Positions 20,291 through 29,966 of a stretch of 64,000 bases of DNA are shown here, in pieces (the first letter of the stretch is position 1; the number at the start of each line of letters is the position of its first letter). Source of the stretch: a virus; the IMG/VR virus record IMGVR_UViG_3300027833_000017; one strand, written 5' to 3'. The notes beneath the pieces are model-generated. The model was not told the DNA's origin and searched no databases. It saw only the letters and a list, made by a program, of their open reading frames with translations. A program made the position numbers and the translations under genes.

Positions 20291-20524
20291 ATGGACAAGT
20301 TTAATGAAGAGCACATGCGTGCGTTAGAACAGAGATATAGTGAACTAGTTAATCCTAGAAAATTAATTGAGTATTTGTCTACTCCCGAGGAATTCGAAGA
20401 CTGGGCAAGATTGGGAACACCAAGCGATATTAGATCTGCCATCATCGCATTTGAAAAAGAGGAATTATATGATCACTGTGCAATACTAAAAAAGGTATTG
20501 ATTAGTATAGAAACCAATGAGTAA
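20291..20524 (+). CDS. Small protein with UVR-like motif
   Basis: AFEKEELYDHCAILK. Confidence 0.6.
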   Translation: MDKFNEEHMRALEQRYSELVNPRKLIEYLSTPEEFEDWARLGTPSDIRSAIIAFEKEELYDHCAILKKVLISIETNE

Positions 20525-21458
20525 TATAGAAGAACAATATCGTGGACTATTGGGTTCGCTCTTACATAATTCAATAGAAAAATCAGATCGTACGGGAACT
20601 GGAACCTATTCTATTTTTGGAAGACAGATTAGACACAGTATGAAGGATGGATTTCCTTTATTGACTACCAAGAGAATGGCAGTTAAGACGATGATGACTG
20701 AATTGAAGTGGTTCTTAAAAGGAGATACTAATATAAAATATTTGGTTGATAATGGTTGTAACATCTGGAATGGTGATGCATATAAAAACTTCTTAAAACA
20801 TTCAGTACCACACGATCGCCAAGAAACGATGGAAGAGTTTATTGAGCGAATTAAAACTGACGATGAGTTTGCTAAGAAATGGGGTGAGTTAGGTCCTATC
20901 TATGGTAAACAATGGAGAGGTTGGTTTGGTTATGATAAAAAAGTAGAGCCTGTTTTTGTAGATCAAATCGCAAACCTCATCGAAGAACTAAAAACAAATC
21001 CTGATTCTCGTAGACTTATGGTTAGTGCATGGAATGTTGGAGATTTACCAACTATGACTTTACCGCCTTGTCATTATGGATTTCAGGTTTACACTAGAAA
21101 AACTACTAGAGATGAAAAGATTGTTAATCCTGGGAAATACAGAGCAATCTCACTAATGTGGAATCAAAGATCAGTAGATACTTTCTTAGGTCTTCCATTT
21201 AATATTGCGAGTTATGCGGCATTACTTTGTTTGATCGCAGAAGAAGTCGATATGATTCCAGATCAATTGATTGGAAACTTAGGTGATGTGCACTTATATT
21301 CTAACCACGTAGATCAAGCAATGGAACAGATATCTAGAGAAATGTATGATTTACCCACTGTTTCATTTAAGAATGTAAATATATTAGACGGAGAATTTGA
21401 TTATGAAGTTATAAATTATAAATATCATCCAAGCATTAAAGCACCTTTATCAAATTAA
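20517..21458 (+). CDS. thyA: Thymidylate synthase
   Basis: DRTGTGT, FPLLTTK, LPPCH, QRSVDTFLGLPFNIASY, GDVHLY. Confidence 0.97.
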   Translation: MSNIEEQYRGLLGSLLHNSIEKSDRTGTGTYSIFGRQIRHSMKDGFPLLTTKRMAVKTMMTELKWFLKGDTNIKYLVDNGCNIWNGDAYKNFLKHSVPHDRQETMEEFIERIKTDDEFAKKWGELGPIYGKQWRGWFGYDKKVEPVFVDQIANLIEELKTNPDSRRLMVSAWNVGDLPTMTLPPCHYGFQVYTRKTTRDEKIVNPGKYRAISLMWNQRSVDTFLGLPFNIASYAALLCLIAEEVDMIPDQLIGNLGDVHLYSNHVDQAMEQISREMYDLPTVSFKNVNILDGEFDYEVINYKYHPSIKAPLSN

Positions 21459-21623
21459 ATGTGTAAACCAGCAATTAGATGCAGTAGATGTGAAGAAACC
21501 TTTTGTGGTGGGTTTGAATACAGAATGCATTTCGATAAGCACATAGACGAATGGTACGAATCTGAAGACAAGGCAGAATATATTAAAAAAACAACACATC
21601 AAAATAGATATGAAAACAATTAA
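21459..21623 (+). CDS. Small C2H2 zinc-finger protein (54 aa, not in ORF track)
   Basis: MCKPAIRCSRCEETFCGGFEYRMHFDKH fits C-x2-C-x3-F-x5-h-x2-H-x3-H; ATG abuts the thyA stop. Confidence 0.6.
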   Translation: MCKPAIRCSRCEETFCGGFEYRMHFDKHIDEWYESEDKAEYIKKTTHQNRYENN

Positions 21624-21798
21624 AAAAATATGGAAGTATTTAGTATGGTTAGAAGAACAGCGAATGAAAGCTGCAATCCACTCAGGAAGTGCTGGTCCAT
21701 TGATGTAATTTAAATATGAAAAAAGTAAAACAAGTATTAATTAAATATTGGGACTTATTGTTAAGCGGATACAAACCCAATGGAGGAAATAAATAATT

Positions 21799-22179
21799 AT
21801 GAATATAGCATTAATAGCACACGACAATAAAAAAGCAGATATGGTAGCTTTCGTTTCAAAACGTCTACCATTTTTTAATAGAGAAGATGTAACGATTATC
21901 ACAACAGGAACTACTGGCAAACACTGTAAACATGCTGGTATTAAGAATTTAGAAACTGTACAGAGTGGACCATTGGGTGGTGATGCGCAAATTGCCGCGA
22001 TGGCAGTTGAAGGCAAAATAGACCTAGTTATTTTTATGAGAGATCCATTAGACAAACACCCACACGACGTTGATATTTCTATGTTAATGAGATTATGCGA
22101 CGTACATAATATACCATTGGCAACAAATTACAAAACAGCAAGTTACTTAATTAAATACTTAAAATCAAATCGCCCATGA
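21799..22179 (+). CDS. mgsA: Methylglyoxal synthase
   Basis: IALIAHDNKK, TGTTG, SGPLGGDAQI, DPL..HPHDVD, CDVHNIPLATN. Confidence 0.95.
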   Translation: MNIALIAHDNKKADMVAFVSKRLPFFNREDVTIITTGTTGKHCKHAGIKNLETVQSGPLGGDAQIAAMAVEGKIDLVIFMRDPLDKHPHDVDISMLMRLCDVHNIPLATNYKTASYLIKYLKSNRP

Positions 22180-22775
22180 AAAATAGTATAAAAGAACTTC
22201 TTAAGTTAGAGGTTGAAGCAATACAAAATATTCCAGTAAATGACTCGTTTGAGGATGCAGTGGATATAATTAAGAATCATGTCCATTCATCTGAAAAAAA
22301 TGGGAAAGTAGTATTATCAGGGATGGGTAAAGCTGGTCAGATCGCATTGAATATCTCGACAACACTTAGTTCCACTGGAACTCCATCTGTCTATTTACAC
22401 CCAAGTGAAGCACAACATGGTGATTTAGGTGTTTTATGTAAAGATGATGTCTTAATATTATTGTCAAACTCTGGAAAAACTAGAGAAATATTAGAATTAA
22501 TAATGTTATCTAGAATTTTACACCCTGATGTTAAAGTTATTTCTATCACGGGGAAAACAAATAGTCCACTTGCAGAAAATTCAGATGTTGTATTACACAC
22601 TGGGGATTCTGAAGAAATTTGCCCACTTGGATTAACGCCTACAATTTCAACAACACTAATGACTGTAATCGGCGATATGATCGTGGTTGAGCTTATGAAA
22701 AAAATTGGCTTCACCAAAAAAGAATATTCTAAAAGACATCACAGTGGATACTTAGGTCAGAAAAGCAAAGAGTAA
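22176..22775 (+). CDS. kdsD: Arabinose-5-phosphate isomerase (SIS only, no CBS domains)
   Basis: GMGKAGQIA..STTLSSTGTPS..LHPSEAQHGDLG, SNSGKT, E.CPLGLTPTIST. Confidence 0.85.
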   Translation: MKNSIKELLKLEVEAIQNIPVNDSFEDAVDIIKNHVHSSEKNGKVVLSGMGKAGQIALNISTTLSSTGTPSVYLHPSEAQHGDLGVLCKDDVLILLSNSGKTREILELIMLSRILHPDVKVISITGKTNSPLAENSDVVLHTGDSEEICPLGLTPTISTTLMTVIGDMIVVELMKKIGFTKKEYSKRHHSGYLGQKSKE

Positions 22776-23122
22776 TGAAACAAGATATAGAAACAAGACC
22801 GTGGGGAGAATATGAAGTTGTGTTGGATGCACCTGATGTAAAAATAAAACTCATAGAGGTTTTACCTAAACAAAGAATGTCATATCAGTATCACGAACAT
22901 CGTGGTGAGGTATGGACTATTATTCATGGAACATTGACTATTATTCTAAATGATGAAAAACTTCATCGCGGACCAGGTCAATCAATTAAAATTCCAAAAG
23001 GTGCTAAACACCGAGCATGGAATGAAACAGATTTACCAGTGCATTTCGTAGAAGTTCAAACAGGAACATATTTCGGAGAAGACGATATTATTCGCATCGA
23101 AGACGATTATAATAGAATATAA
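22775..23122 (+). CDS. Mannose-6-phosphate isomerase-type cupin
   Basis: RPWG, SYQYHEHRGEVW, EVQTGTYFGEDDIIRIEDDY. Confidence 0.85.
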   Translation: MKQDIETRPWGEYEVVLDAPDVKIKLIEVLPKQRMSYQYHEHRGEVWTIIHGTLTIILNDEKLHRGPGQSIKIPKGAKHRAWNETDLPVHFVEVQTGTYFGEDDIIRIEDDYNRI

Positions 23123-23827
23123 ATGAAATCACTCGTAATAATCCCAGCAAGATGGAACTCGACTAGATTTCCAGGAAAACCATTAGAATTGATAGGTGAA
23201 AAACCTATGATTCAACATGTTTGGGAAAAAGTATCAAGATCAAACGCTGATGAGGTGTGGATTGCAACAGATGATCAAAGAATATTTGATTGCGCTAAAT
23301 CATTTGGAGCTGAAGTTATGATGACTACTAATTGTGATACTGGAACTGACAGAGTTATTGAAGTTCATCAAACACTAGGTAGTGATATAGTAGTAAACGT
23401 ACAAGGTGATGAGCCATTTATAAATCCTAAAGATATTGATCATGTTATTAGTTTGATAAAATCAAATCCTACAAATACTGTAGCCACATTAAAATCAGAT
23501 CTAATAGAAAACGAAGCAAACGATAAAAACACAGTTAAGATTATGTCAAACCACAATTCAGGTTCAGTGATAGAGTTTACAAGAAATAATGTAAATGGAA
23601 AATCATGGTTTAAGCATATAGGAATTTATGGATATTCTTCTAGTGTATTAGATAAAATTGCAATATTATACCCCACAGAAAACGCGATAAATAAATCACT
23701 AGAGCAATTGACATGGATGGACAATGGAATCGAAATGGTTGCAGGATATACAACATACAAATCATTTGGTATTGACACGCCATCAGATCTAGAACGAGCA
23801 AATAATTTTTTAAAATCAAATAAATGA
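23123..23827 (+). CDS. kdsB: CMP-Kdo synthetase (3-deoxy-manno-octulosonate cytidylyltransferase)
   Basis: IIPARWNSTRFPGKPL, VNVQGDEP, HIGIYGY, LEQL, GIDTPSDL. Confidence 0.9.
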   Translation: MKSLVIIPARWNSTRFPGKPLELIGEKPMIQHVWEKVSRSNADEVWIATDDQRIFDCAKSFGAEVMMTTNCDTGTDRVIEVHQTLGSDIVVNVQGDEPFINPKDIDHVISLIKSNPTNTVATLKSDLIENEANDKNTVKIMSNHNSGSVIEFTRNNVNGKSWFKHIGIYGYSSSVLDKIAILYPTENAINKSLEQLTWMDNGIEMVAGYTTYKSFGIDTPSDLERANNFLKSNK

Positions 23828-24390
23828 TATTACCAACAATTAAACACACTTCGCCATCTTTTATTATGGCATATCAAATGGATGAAAAAATCTGTGATAA
23901 GATAATCGATAATTTTGATGATCTTCCTAAGCTCACGAATTATGACGAATTAAGAGGTTATCATAGGTTATCAAATAATAATTTAGATCCAGATATTTTG
24001 GAAGATTATATGGGATTGGTTAAGGAAGCATTTATGGCATATATAAAAGAATATGAATGGTCTAATATTATGACAACTGATTGGAGTTTCTTTCCACCAT
24101 TTAATATACAGAAATATGAGCCAGGTGAAGCATATAATCCTACACATATTGAATGTGGTGGCCCAAGAAAGGGTAAGATTCAAAGAAAACTAGCATTCAC
24201 AACATATCTTAATGACATTGAAGAAGGTGGAGAAACAGAATTTGTATTACAAGGAATAAAAGTAAAACCTAAAAAAGGACTTACAATTATTTGGCCAGCA
24301 GGCTGGACACATCCTCACCATGGGCTTCCAGCACCCAACGAAATCAAGTATATCGCTACTGGTTGGGCAGGTTATCACCACAGAGACTAA
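23824..24390 (+). CDS. 2OG-Fe(II) oxygenase (prolyl-4-hydroxylase-like)
   Basis: H-I-E, YLNDIEEGGETEF, WPAGWTHPH, KYIATGW. Confidence 0.8.
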   Translation: MILPTIKHTSPSFIMAYQMDEKICDKIIDNFDDLPKLTNYDELRGYHRLSNNNLDPDILEDYMGLVKEAFMAYIKEYEWSNIMTTDWSFFPPFNIQKYEPGEAYNPTHIECGGPRKGKIQRKLAFTTYLNDIEEGGETEFVLQGIKVKPKKGLTIIWPAGWTHPHHGLPAPNEIKYIATGWAGYHHRD

Positions 24391-24396
24391 CATTTT

Positions 24397-24852
24397 ATGA
24401 AGTTCAAAAAATTAACGGGACCACCTACATTTGAACTTGCACCTTACGTTAAAGAATTTATCGAAAACAATAAAGGACTTGATATAGAAATATATTTAGG
24501 GTGTGATAGTCAAAGTAAGGCTATTAAAACAGTATATGCAACTACACTAGTTTTTCATGTTGCATCATCAGGTTGCCATGTGATATATAAAAAAGAAGAG
24601 GTTCCAATTATAAAAGATATGTGGACTAGGTTATGGAAAGAAACTGAAAAATCATGTGAAGTAGCTCTTTACTTAAGAGAACATGGTGTAGAAGTTTCTA
24701 CTATAGATTTAGATTATAATACGGACCCACAGAAAAAATCAAATAAATTAGTTAAAGCTGCGGTTGGATATGTTGAGTCGATGGGATTCAAAGCCAGATG
24801 TAAGCCCGATCTTTTACCTGGAGTTTATGCTGCAGATAATATCGTAAACTAA
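24397..24852 (+). CDS. YkuK/DUF458 RNase H-like protein
   Basis: IYLGCDSQ, RLWKE, IDLDYN, AAD. Confidence 0.75.
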   Translation: MKFKKLTGPPTFELAPYVKEFIENNKGLDIEIYLGCDSQSKAIKTVYATTLVFHVASSGCHVIYKKEEVPIIKDMWTRLWKETEKSCEVALYLREHGVEVSTIDLDYNTDPQKKSNKLVKAAVGYVESMGFKARCKPDLLPGVYAADNIVN

Positions 24853-24896
24853 TTACAATAAATACATATAAGAATAGTAAAACAAATATACAACAT

Positions 24897-26912
24897 ATGT
24901 CATTAGCAGACGGATACGAAAACGAGAAAAATAGAAAAGGAAGTTCAAAGAAAAAAACTACTCCATTCTTAGATGAATTTGGGGAAGATTTAACTTTGGC
25001 GGCATCTGAGGGTAAATTAGACCCAATTATTGGTAGAGATAAAGAGATTTATAGAATTTGCCAAATATTAGCTCGTAGAAAGAAAAATAATCCTATTATA
25101 TTAGGTGACCCAGGTGTTGGTAAAACTGCAATTGTTGAAGCTATTGCTCAACGTATTGTTGATAAGAAAGTTGCAAGAGTTTTGATAAACAAAAGACTTA
25201 TCTCTATTAACATGACAACTATTGTTGCTGGAACTAAATATCGTGGAGAGTTTGAAGAGAGAATGAAGAACATTGTCGAAGAACTCAAAAATAATAATAA
25301 TATTATTGTATTCATTGATGAATTACACACTATTGTTGGTGCAGGTGGAGTGAGCGGTGCGTTAGATGCATCAAACATTCTTAAACCCGCTTTAGCTAGA
25401 GGGCAAGTTCAATGTATTGGTGCAACAACGTTAGATGAATATAGAGAAAATGTTGAAGATGATGGAGCACTTACTCGTAGATTCCAAGAAGTATTTGTAG
25501 ATGCACCATCAGTAGATGATACTATTAATATATTAATGCGCATCAAACATAACTACGAAGAATATCACTCCGTAGAATATACAGATGAAGCGATTGATGC
25601 ATGTGTTAGAATGAGTGATCGTTATATTAAACAACGTGAATTACCTGATAAAGCTATTGATTTATTAGATGAAGCAGGCGCAAGAACACACTTATTAGAA
25701 GTTAAAGTTCCTTCAAGAATCAAAACACTTGAGAAGCAAGCTGAAGAAATAAAATCAGAAAAGAAAGCTGCAGTTGAAAAACAAGATTATGAAGTTGCAG
25801 CAAGACTTAGAGATGATCAAATTTCTATAGAAGGTATAATACTGAGCGAGACTAAAAATTGGGAAGAGTCTCTTAAGAAATCAAAAAGACAAATTAATAT
25901 TTCAGATATAGCTGAAACTATTTCAACACAAACAGGAATCCCTGTTAATAAATTAGGAACTGATGACCTTAAGATGATTAAGGCAATGTCTTCAGAAATT
26001 AAGAATATGATTATCGGCCAAGACAAAGCAGTAGACGCATTATGTAATGTAATTAAAAGATCTAGAACTGGTGTAGCAAGTCACAAAAAACCAAGTGGTT
26101 CTTTTATGTTTTTAGGTCCAACTGGTGTTGGTAAAACTGAAACAGTCAAAGCGTTAGCCGAGTATATGTTCGGAGATATTGATGCAATGATTAGAATTGA
26201 TATGAGCGAATATCAAGAAAAGTTTAACGTATCTCGTTTAATAGGTTCTCCTCCTGGATATGTTGGTCATGAAGATGGTGGTCAATTAACAGAAGCAGTA
26301 AGACGTAAACCATATTCCGTAGTTTTATTCGATGAAATCGAAAAAGCCCATCCAGATGTTTTTAATACATTGCTTCAAGTTTTAGATGAAGGTAGATTGA
26401 CAGATTCTAGTGGTAGAGTTGTAGATTTTACAAACACTATTATTATAATGACATCGAATGTAGGTGCAAGAAAGGTATCAGATTTTGGATCAGGTATTGG
26501 GTTCTCAAGTAAATCTACTATTGCAGAAGAAAGCAAAAAAATGGATTCTATTATTAAGAAAGAGTTAAAGAATAAATTTAGCCCTGAATTTTTAAATAGA
26601 TTAGATGATATTATTTTATTCGATCAATTGCAATCTGCTGACATTTTAAAAATTGTACAAATTGAACTTGGTAATTTTACAGAAAGAATGTCAATAGAAG
26701 GATACTTGTTTAAATTTCTAAAACCAGCAAAAGACTTTTTAGTAAAAGAAGGATATGATCAAGCATATGGTGCGAGACCTATCAAGCGAGCTATTCAAAG
26801 ATATGTTGAAGATATAGTTGCCGATGCAATCTTAGATCAAGCTTTGGTAAAAGGTAAAGAATACACAATTACAAAAAACAAAGACGAAGATAAACTTTTT
26901 ATTAAATTATAG
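24897..26912 (+). CDS. clpC: ClpC-type AAA+ unfoldase lacking N-terminal domain
   Basis: GDPGVGKT/IDELH, UVR M-domain AVEKQDYEVAARLRD, GPTGVGKT/FDEIEK, GIGF ClpP-binding loop. Confidence 0.9.
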   Translation: MSLADGYENEKNRKGSSKKKTTPFLDEFGEDLTLAASEGKLDPIIGRDKEIYRICQILARRKKNNPIILGDPGVGKTAIVEAIAQRIVDKKVARVLINKRLISINMTTIVAGTKYRGEFEERMKNIVEELKNNNNIIVFIDELHTIVGAGGVSGALDASNILKPALARGQVQCIGATTLDEYRENVEDDGALTRRFQEVFVDAPSVDDTINILMRIKHNYEEYHSVEYTDEAIDACVRMSDRYIKQRELPDKAIDLLDEAGARTHLLEVKVPSRIKTLEKQAEEIKSEKKAAVEKQDYEVAARLRDDQISIEGIILSETKNWEESLKKSKRQINISDIAETISTQTGIPVNKLGTDDLKMIKAMSSEIKNMIIGQDKAVDALCNVIKRSRTGVASHKKPSGSFMFLGPTGVGKTETVKALAEYMFGDIDAMIRIDMSEYQEKFNVSRLIGSPPGYVGHEDGGQLTEAVRRKPYSVVLFDEIEKAHPDVFNTLLQVLDEGRLTDSSGRVVDFTNTIIIMTSNVGARKVSDFGSGIGFSSKSTIAEESKKMDSIIKKELKNKFSPEFLNRLDDIILFDQLQSADILKIVQIELGNFTERMSIEGYLFKFLKPAKDFLVKEGYDQAYGARPIKRAIQRYVEDIVADAILDQALVKGKEYTITKNKDEDKLFIKL

Positions 26913-26937
26913 TATAACTACTATAAACATAAAGTAA

Positions 26938-27792
26938 ATGACAGACTTTTCAAAAACATTCAAAGAACTAATAACACAAATTGATACACATGGTGATGTA
27001 TCAAAACCAAGAGATTTAGAAGTTAAAGAACTTCTTCTAAATAGAATCGATATAAATCCAACAAAACCTATTGCTCATTTTGAAGCAAGATCTTTTAATT
27101 GGAAATACTTTGCTGGTGAAATGGCATGGTATTTACACAGAGATACTGACGTAGATTACATAGGTCAATATTCTGGAATGTGGTCAACACTAACAAATCC
27201 AGGTACTAATGAAATCAATTCAAATTATGGTGCATTAGTTCTTAACACAGAACAAATAGGATGGGTTGTAGATTCACTTTTAGCAGATGACAATAGTCGA
27301 CAAGCTATTATGTTTTTTAATCAACCTAAATTTCAATTTAAAGGCAATAAAGATTTCGTATGTACAATGTATGCAAACTTTTTTATTAGAAATAATAAAT
27401 TAAACATGAAAATACAAATGAGATCTAACGATATATTTTATGGTCTTACTTTTGATGCACCATTCTTTTCATTTTTAATGCAGTCAGTTTATCTGATTCT
27501 TAAAAAACATGACAAATATCAAGATTTAGAATTAGGTACATATCATCATTTTGCAGATAACATTCATTTTTATGAAAGACATTTTGAATTAGCAAAGAAA
27601 ATTAAATCCGAAGATGATGCATTAGAATCTAATATTAATACATTGATTTTAGAAAAACTATTAGTAGACTATAATGGCAAAGATGTGTTCTTAACAGACG
27701 AAGGTCTTGAGTTTACGCAAAGATTAGATAACGCACAAGGATCTAAAGAAGTAAATTACAAAAGCATTTTAAAAGATTATTTTACAATATAA
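26938..27792 (+). CDS. Thymidylate-synthase paralogue, dCMP hydroxymethylase-like
   Basis: NSNYG, SRQA, DFVCT, MRSNDIFYGLTFD (Asp at the TS specificity Asn), HFYERH. Confidence 0.7.
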   Translation: MTDFSKTFKELITQIDTHGDVSKPRDLEVKELLLNRIDINPTKPIAHFEARSFNWKYFAGEMAWYLHRDTDVDYIGQYSGMWSTLTNPGTNEINSNYGALVLNTEQIGWVVDSLLADDNSRQAIMFFNQPKFQFKGNKDFVCTMYANFFIRNNKLNMKIQMRSNDIFYGLTFDAPFFSFLMQSVYLILKKHDKYQDLELGTYHHFADNIHFYERHFELAKKIKSEDDALESNINTLILEKLLVDYNGKDVFLTDEGLEFTQRLDNAQGSKEVNYKSILKDYFTI

Positions 27793-27793
27793 T

Positions 27794-28099
27794 ATGGAAC
27801 CACCTAAAATATACATAGATCCTCAGAGAATTTTGGCAGAAGATTTTGAAAAGGTTTTGATTTCTAAATATGATATATTTTATAGACGTATTGTCGAATA
27901 TATACTAAATATAATAGAAAACAAAGAAGAATCTAAAATACTAGCAATTCTTGTAGATGATGAAGGTAGAGAATATGATATGACATTGCCGAGAGAAGGC
28001 TACGAGAAGTCATTATTCAAAGCTAAAGAATACTTTTCAATGATAGAAGAATATGAGACGTGTGATCTAATTAAACAAATACAAAAACAAATAGCCTAA
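27794..28099 (+). CDS. Small protein with UVR-like motif
   Basis: YFSMIEEYETCDLIK; stop overlaps the clpP start. Confidence 0.6.
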   Translation: MEPPKIYIDPQRILAEDFEKVLISKYDIFYRRIVEYILNIIENKEESKILAILVDDEGREYDMTLPREGYEKSLFKAKEYFSMIEEYETCDLIKQIQKQIA

Positions 28100-28788
28100 T
28101 GAATTATTACCCGAACGATAAAGAGTTTCAAAGATTTGCAAAATCTGAGTTTAACGTAAGTGGATCTCATGTAGATCAGTTTACTAAACATATTGAAAAA
28201 CAAAGCTCAATGACTCCTTATATTCTTGAAGAAAGAGAAATGAGAGTTACACAAATGGATATCTTTTCTAGGTTAATGGCCGATAGATTATTGTGGGTTG
28301 CAGGTCCAGTTAATGATGCTATGAGCACAGTTGTTCAAGCACAGTTGATGTTTCTATCTAATAATGCAGCAGATGATATTACAATGCATATTGATTCTCC
28401 GGGAGGTTCAGTTAAATCAGGATTATCTATGGTGGACGTAATGGAATATATACCATGTGACATACGTACAGTTAACACAGGAATGGCAGCTTCAATGGGA
28501 TCAGTATTATTAGGAGCTGGAACAAAAGGTAAAAGAGCGTCACTTAGACATTCGACTACAATGTTACACCAATCTTCAGGTGGATTCAGTGGAAATATTC
28601 AAGATGCTGAAGTTGATTGGGCAGAGTGGAAAAAAGTAAATGTAGAATTATTTAATTTACTTGGAACGTATTGTGGAAAGAAACCAGAAAGAGTAATGAA
28701 GGATGCAACACGTGATTTTTGGTTAAATGCAGAGGAAGCTGTTAAGTATGGAATTATAGACGAGATCATAAAACCAAAACAAAGTTAA
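28099..28788 (+). CDS. clpP: Clp protease proteolytic subunit
   Basis: DIFSRLM, DSPGGSV, GMAASMG (Ser), MLHQ (His), RDFW (Asp). Confidence 0.95.
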   Translation: MNYYPNDKEFQRFAKSEFNVSGSHVDQFTKHIEKQSSMTPYILEEREMRVTQMDIFSRLMADRLLWVAGPVNDAMSTVVQAQLMFLSNNAADDITMHIDSPGGSVKSGLSMVDVMEYIPCDIRTVNTGMAASMGSVLLGAGTKGKRASLRHSTTMLHQSSGGFSGNIQDAEVDWAEWKKVNVELFNLLGTYCGKKPERVMKDATRDFWLNAEEAVKYGIIDEIIKPKQS

Positions 28789-28798
28789 TATATAGATT

Positions 28799-29119
28799 AT
28801 GGCAAGTAGACAAAAAACTAGAGAGGTGTTTATTGAGTTGATTAATTTACAACTAAAACCACATGGCAAAACATATAAAGATGTTGTTAAAGAAAACGAC
28901 TGGTATATGAGGTATAATACTACTAGAGAAAAGGAAGCTGTGTTTATTAAAGAAGCAACTAAAATACTTAAAACAAAATTAAGAATGAGTAAAGCAGTTG
29001 CTGAAAAAGAAATTAGTTGGTTTATTTTACAATGGGGGTTAACTACGAATTCCGAAAACTATTCCGAAGAAACCACATTAGTAAAATCAAAATCTAAAAA
29101 AAAGTATAAAGAAGAGTAA
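28799..29119 (+). CDS. Hypothetical protein
   Basis: 106 aa basic ORF. Confidence 0.6.
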   Translation: MASRQKTREVFIELINLQLKPHGKTYKDVVKENDWYMRYNTTREKEAVFIKEATKILKTKLRMSKAVAEKEISWFILQWGLTTNSENYSEETTLVKSKSKKKYKEE

Positions 29120-29142
29120 ATAATATAAGAATATTATAATAT

Positions 29143-29181
29143 AAAAAAAGGACATTATTAATTAAGATAATGTCCTTTTTT
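29143..29181. terminator. Bidirectional intrinsic terminator
   Basis: aaaaaaaggacattat...ataatgtcctttttt. Confidence 0.7.
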
Positions 29182-29216
29182 AGTTTTTATACAATATCTG
29201 ATATGATAAATACAGT

Positions 29217-29927
29217 ATGAGTATTAAAACTAAAATACCAAAATGGTTTAATGAAGGACCAAACGATATTGAATATCGCACATATAAACTAAAAAGTGCT
29301 GTTTCCAATATTAAGGCTATATTAGAATCGGGTCAATTAATTCCAGCATTGTTTGAAATAGACGATACGTTGGATTACTTATATAGATATGATGCTGTTA
29401 AAATGACACAAAATCCAAATCCAATAGATCAAATAGTAAGTGGGTTTGAAATTCCAGGATTAGAGATATTTTTTCCGGAAGAAGATGATTTAGAAACAGA
29501 TGATGTATTAGATTCTATATTAGATGAAGCTATTGATGAGTTCGAAGAACTTCACTCGATGTGCAGAGAAAGATGGAGAGCGATCGAAGAAGGAACTTCA
29601 TGTGTATATGTACCAAGTAAAAAGTATTTCTTAAATGATGGTTTTGTGTTTATTAAGACAGCCGACAACATGTTGCATATATATCATTTTGTAAAACCAA
29701 ATAAATATTTTACTAAAGATTGGAAAAAGTTTAATATGACGTACATACAATCTGAAGAATGGTCAGAAGATGCTTATTTTAGCAGAATAGAAGAATTAAT
29801 ATCTAAAGATCCAGATAAAATAATAATCAGAACCGATTGCAAAACAGAAACAATATTAGAAAATAACGCAATAGGTGTAATTAATCAAATGATATTTTCT
29901 ATGCTACATAGAGACTACTCATTTTAA
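29217..29927 (+). CDS. Hypothetical protein
   Basis: 236 aa acidic ORF. Confidence 0.6.
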   Translation: MSIKTKIPKWFNEGPNDIEYRTYKLKSAVSNIKAILESGQLIPALFEIDDTLDYLYRYDAVKMTQNPNPIDQIVSGFEIPGLEIFFPEEDDLETDDVLDSILDEAIDEFEELHSMCRERWRAIEEGTSCVYVPSKKYFLNDGFVFIKTADNMLHIYHFVKPNKYFTKDWKKFNMTYIQSEEWSEDAYFSRIEELISKDPDKIIIRTDCKTETILENNAIGVINQMIFSMLHRDYSF

Positions 29928-29966
29928 TACTGATATATAAACCAAAGAAAAAAACATAATATCAAC

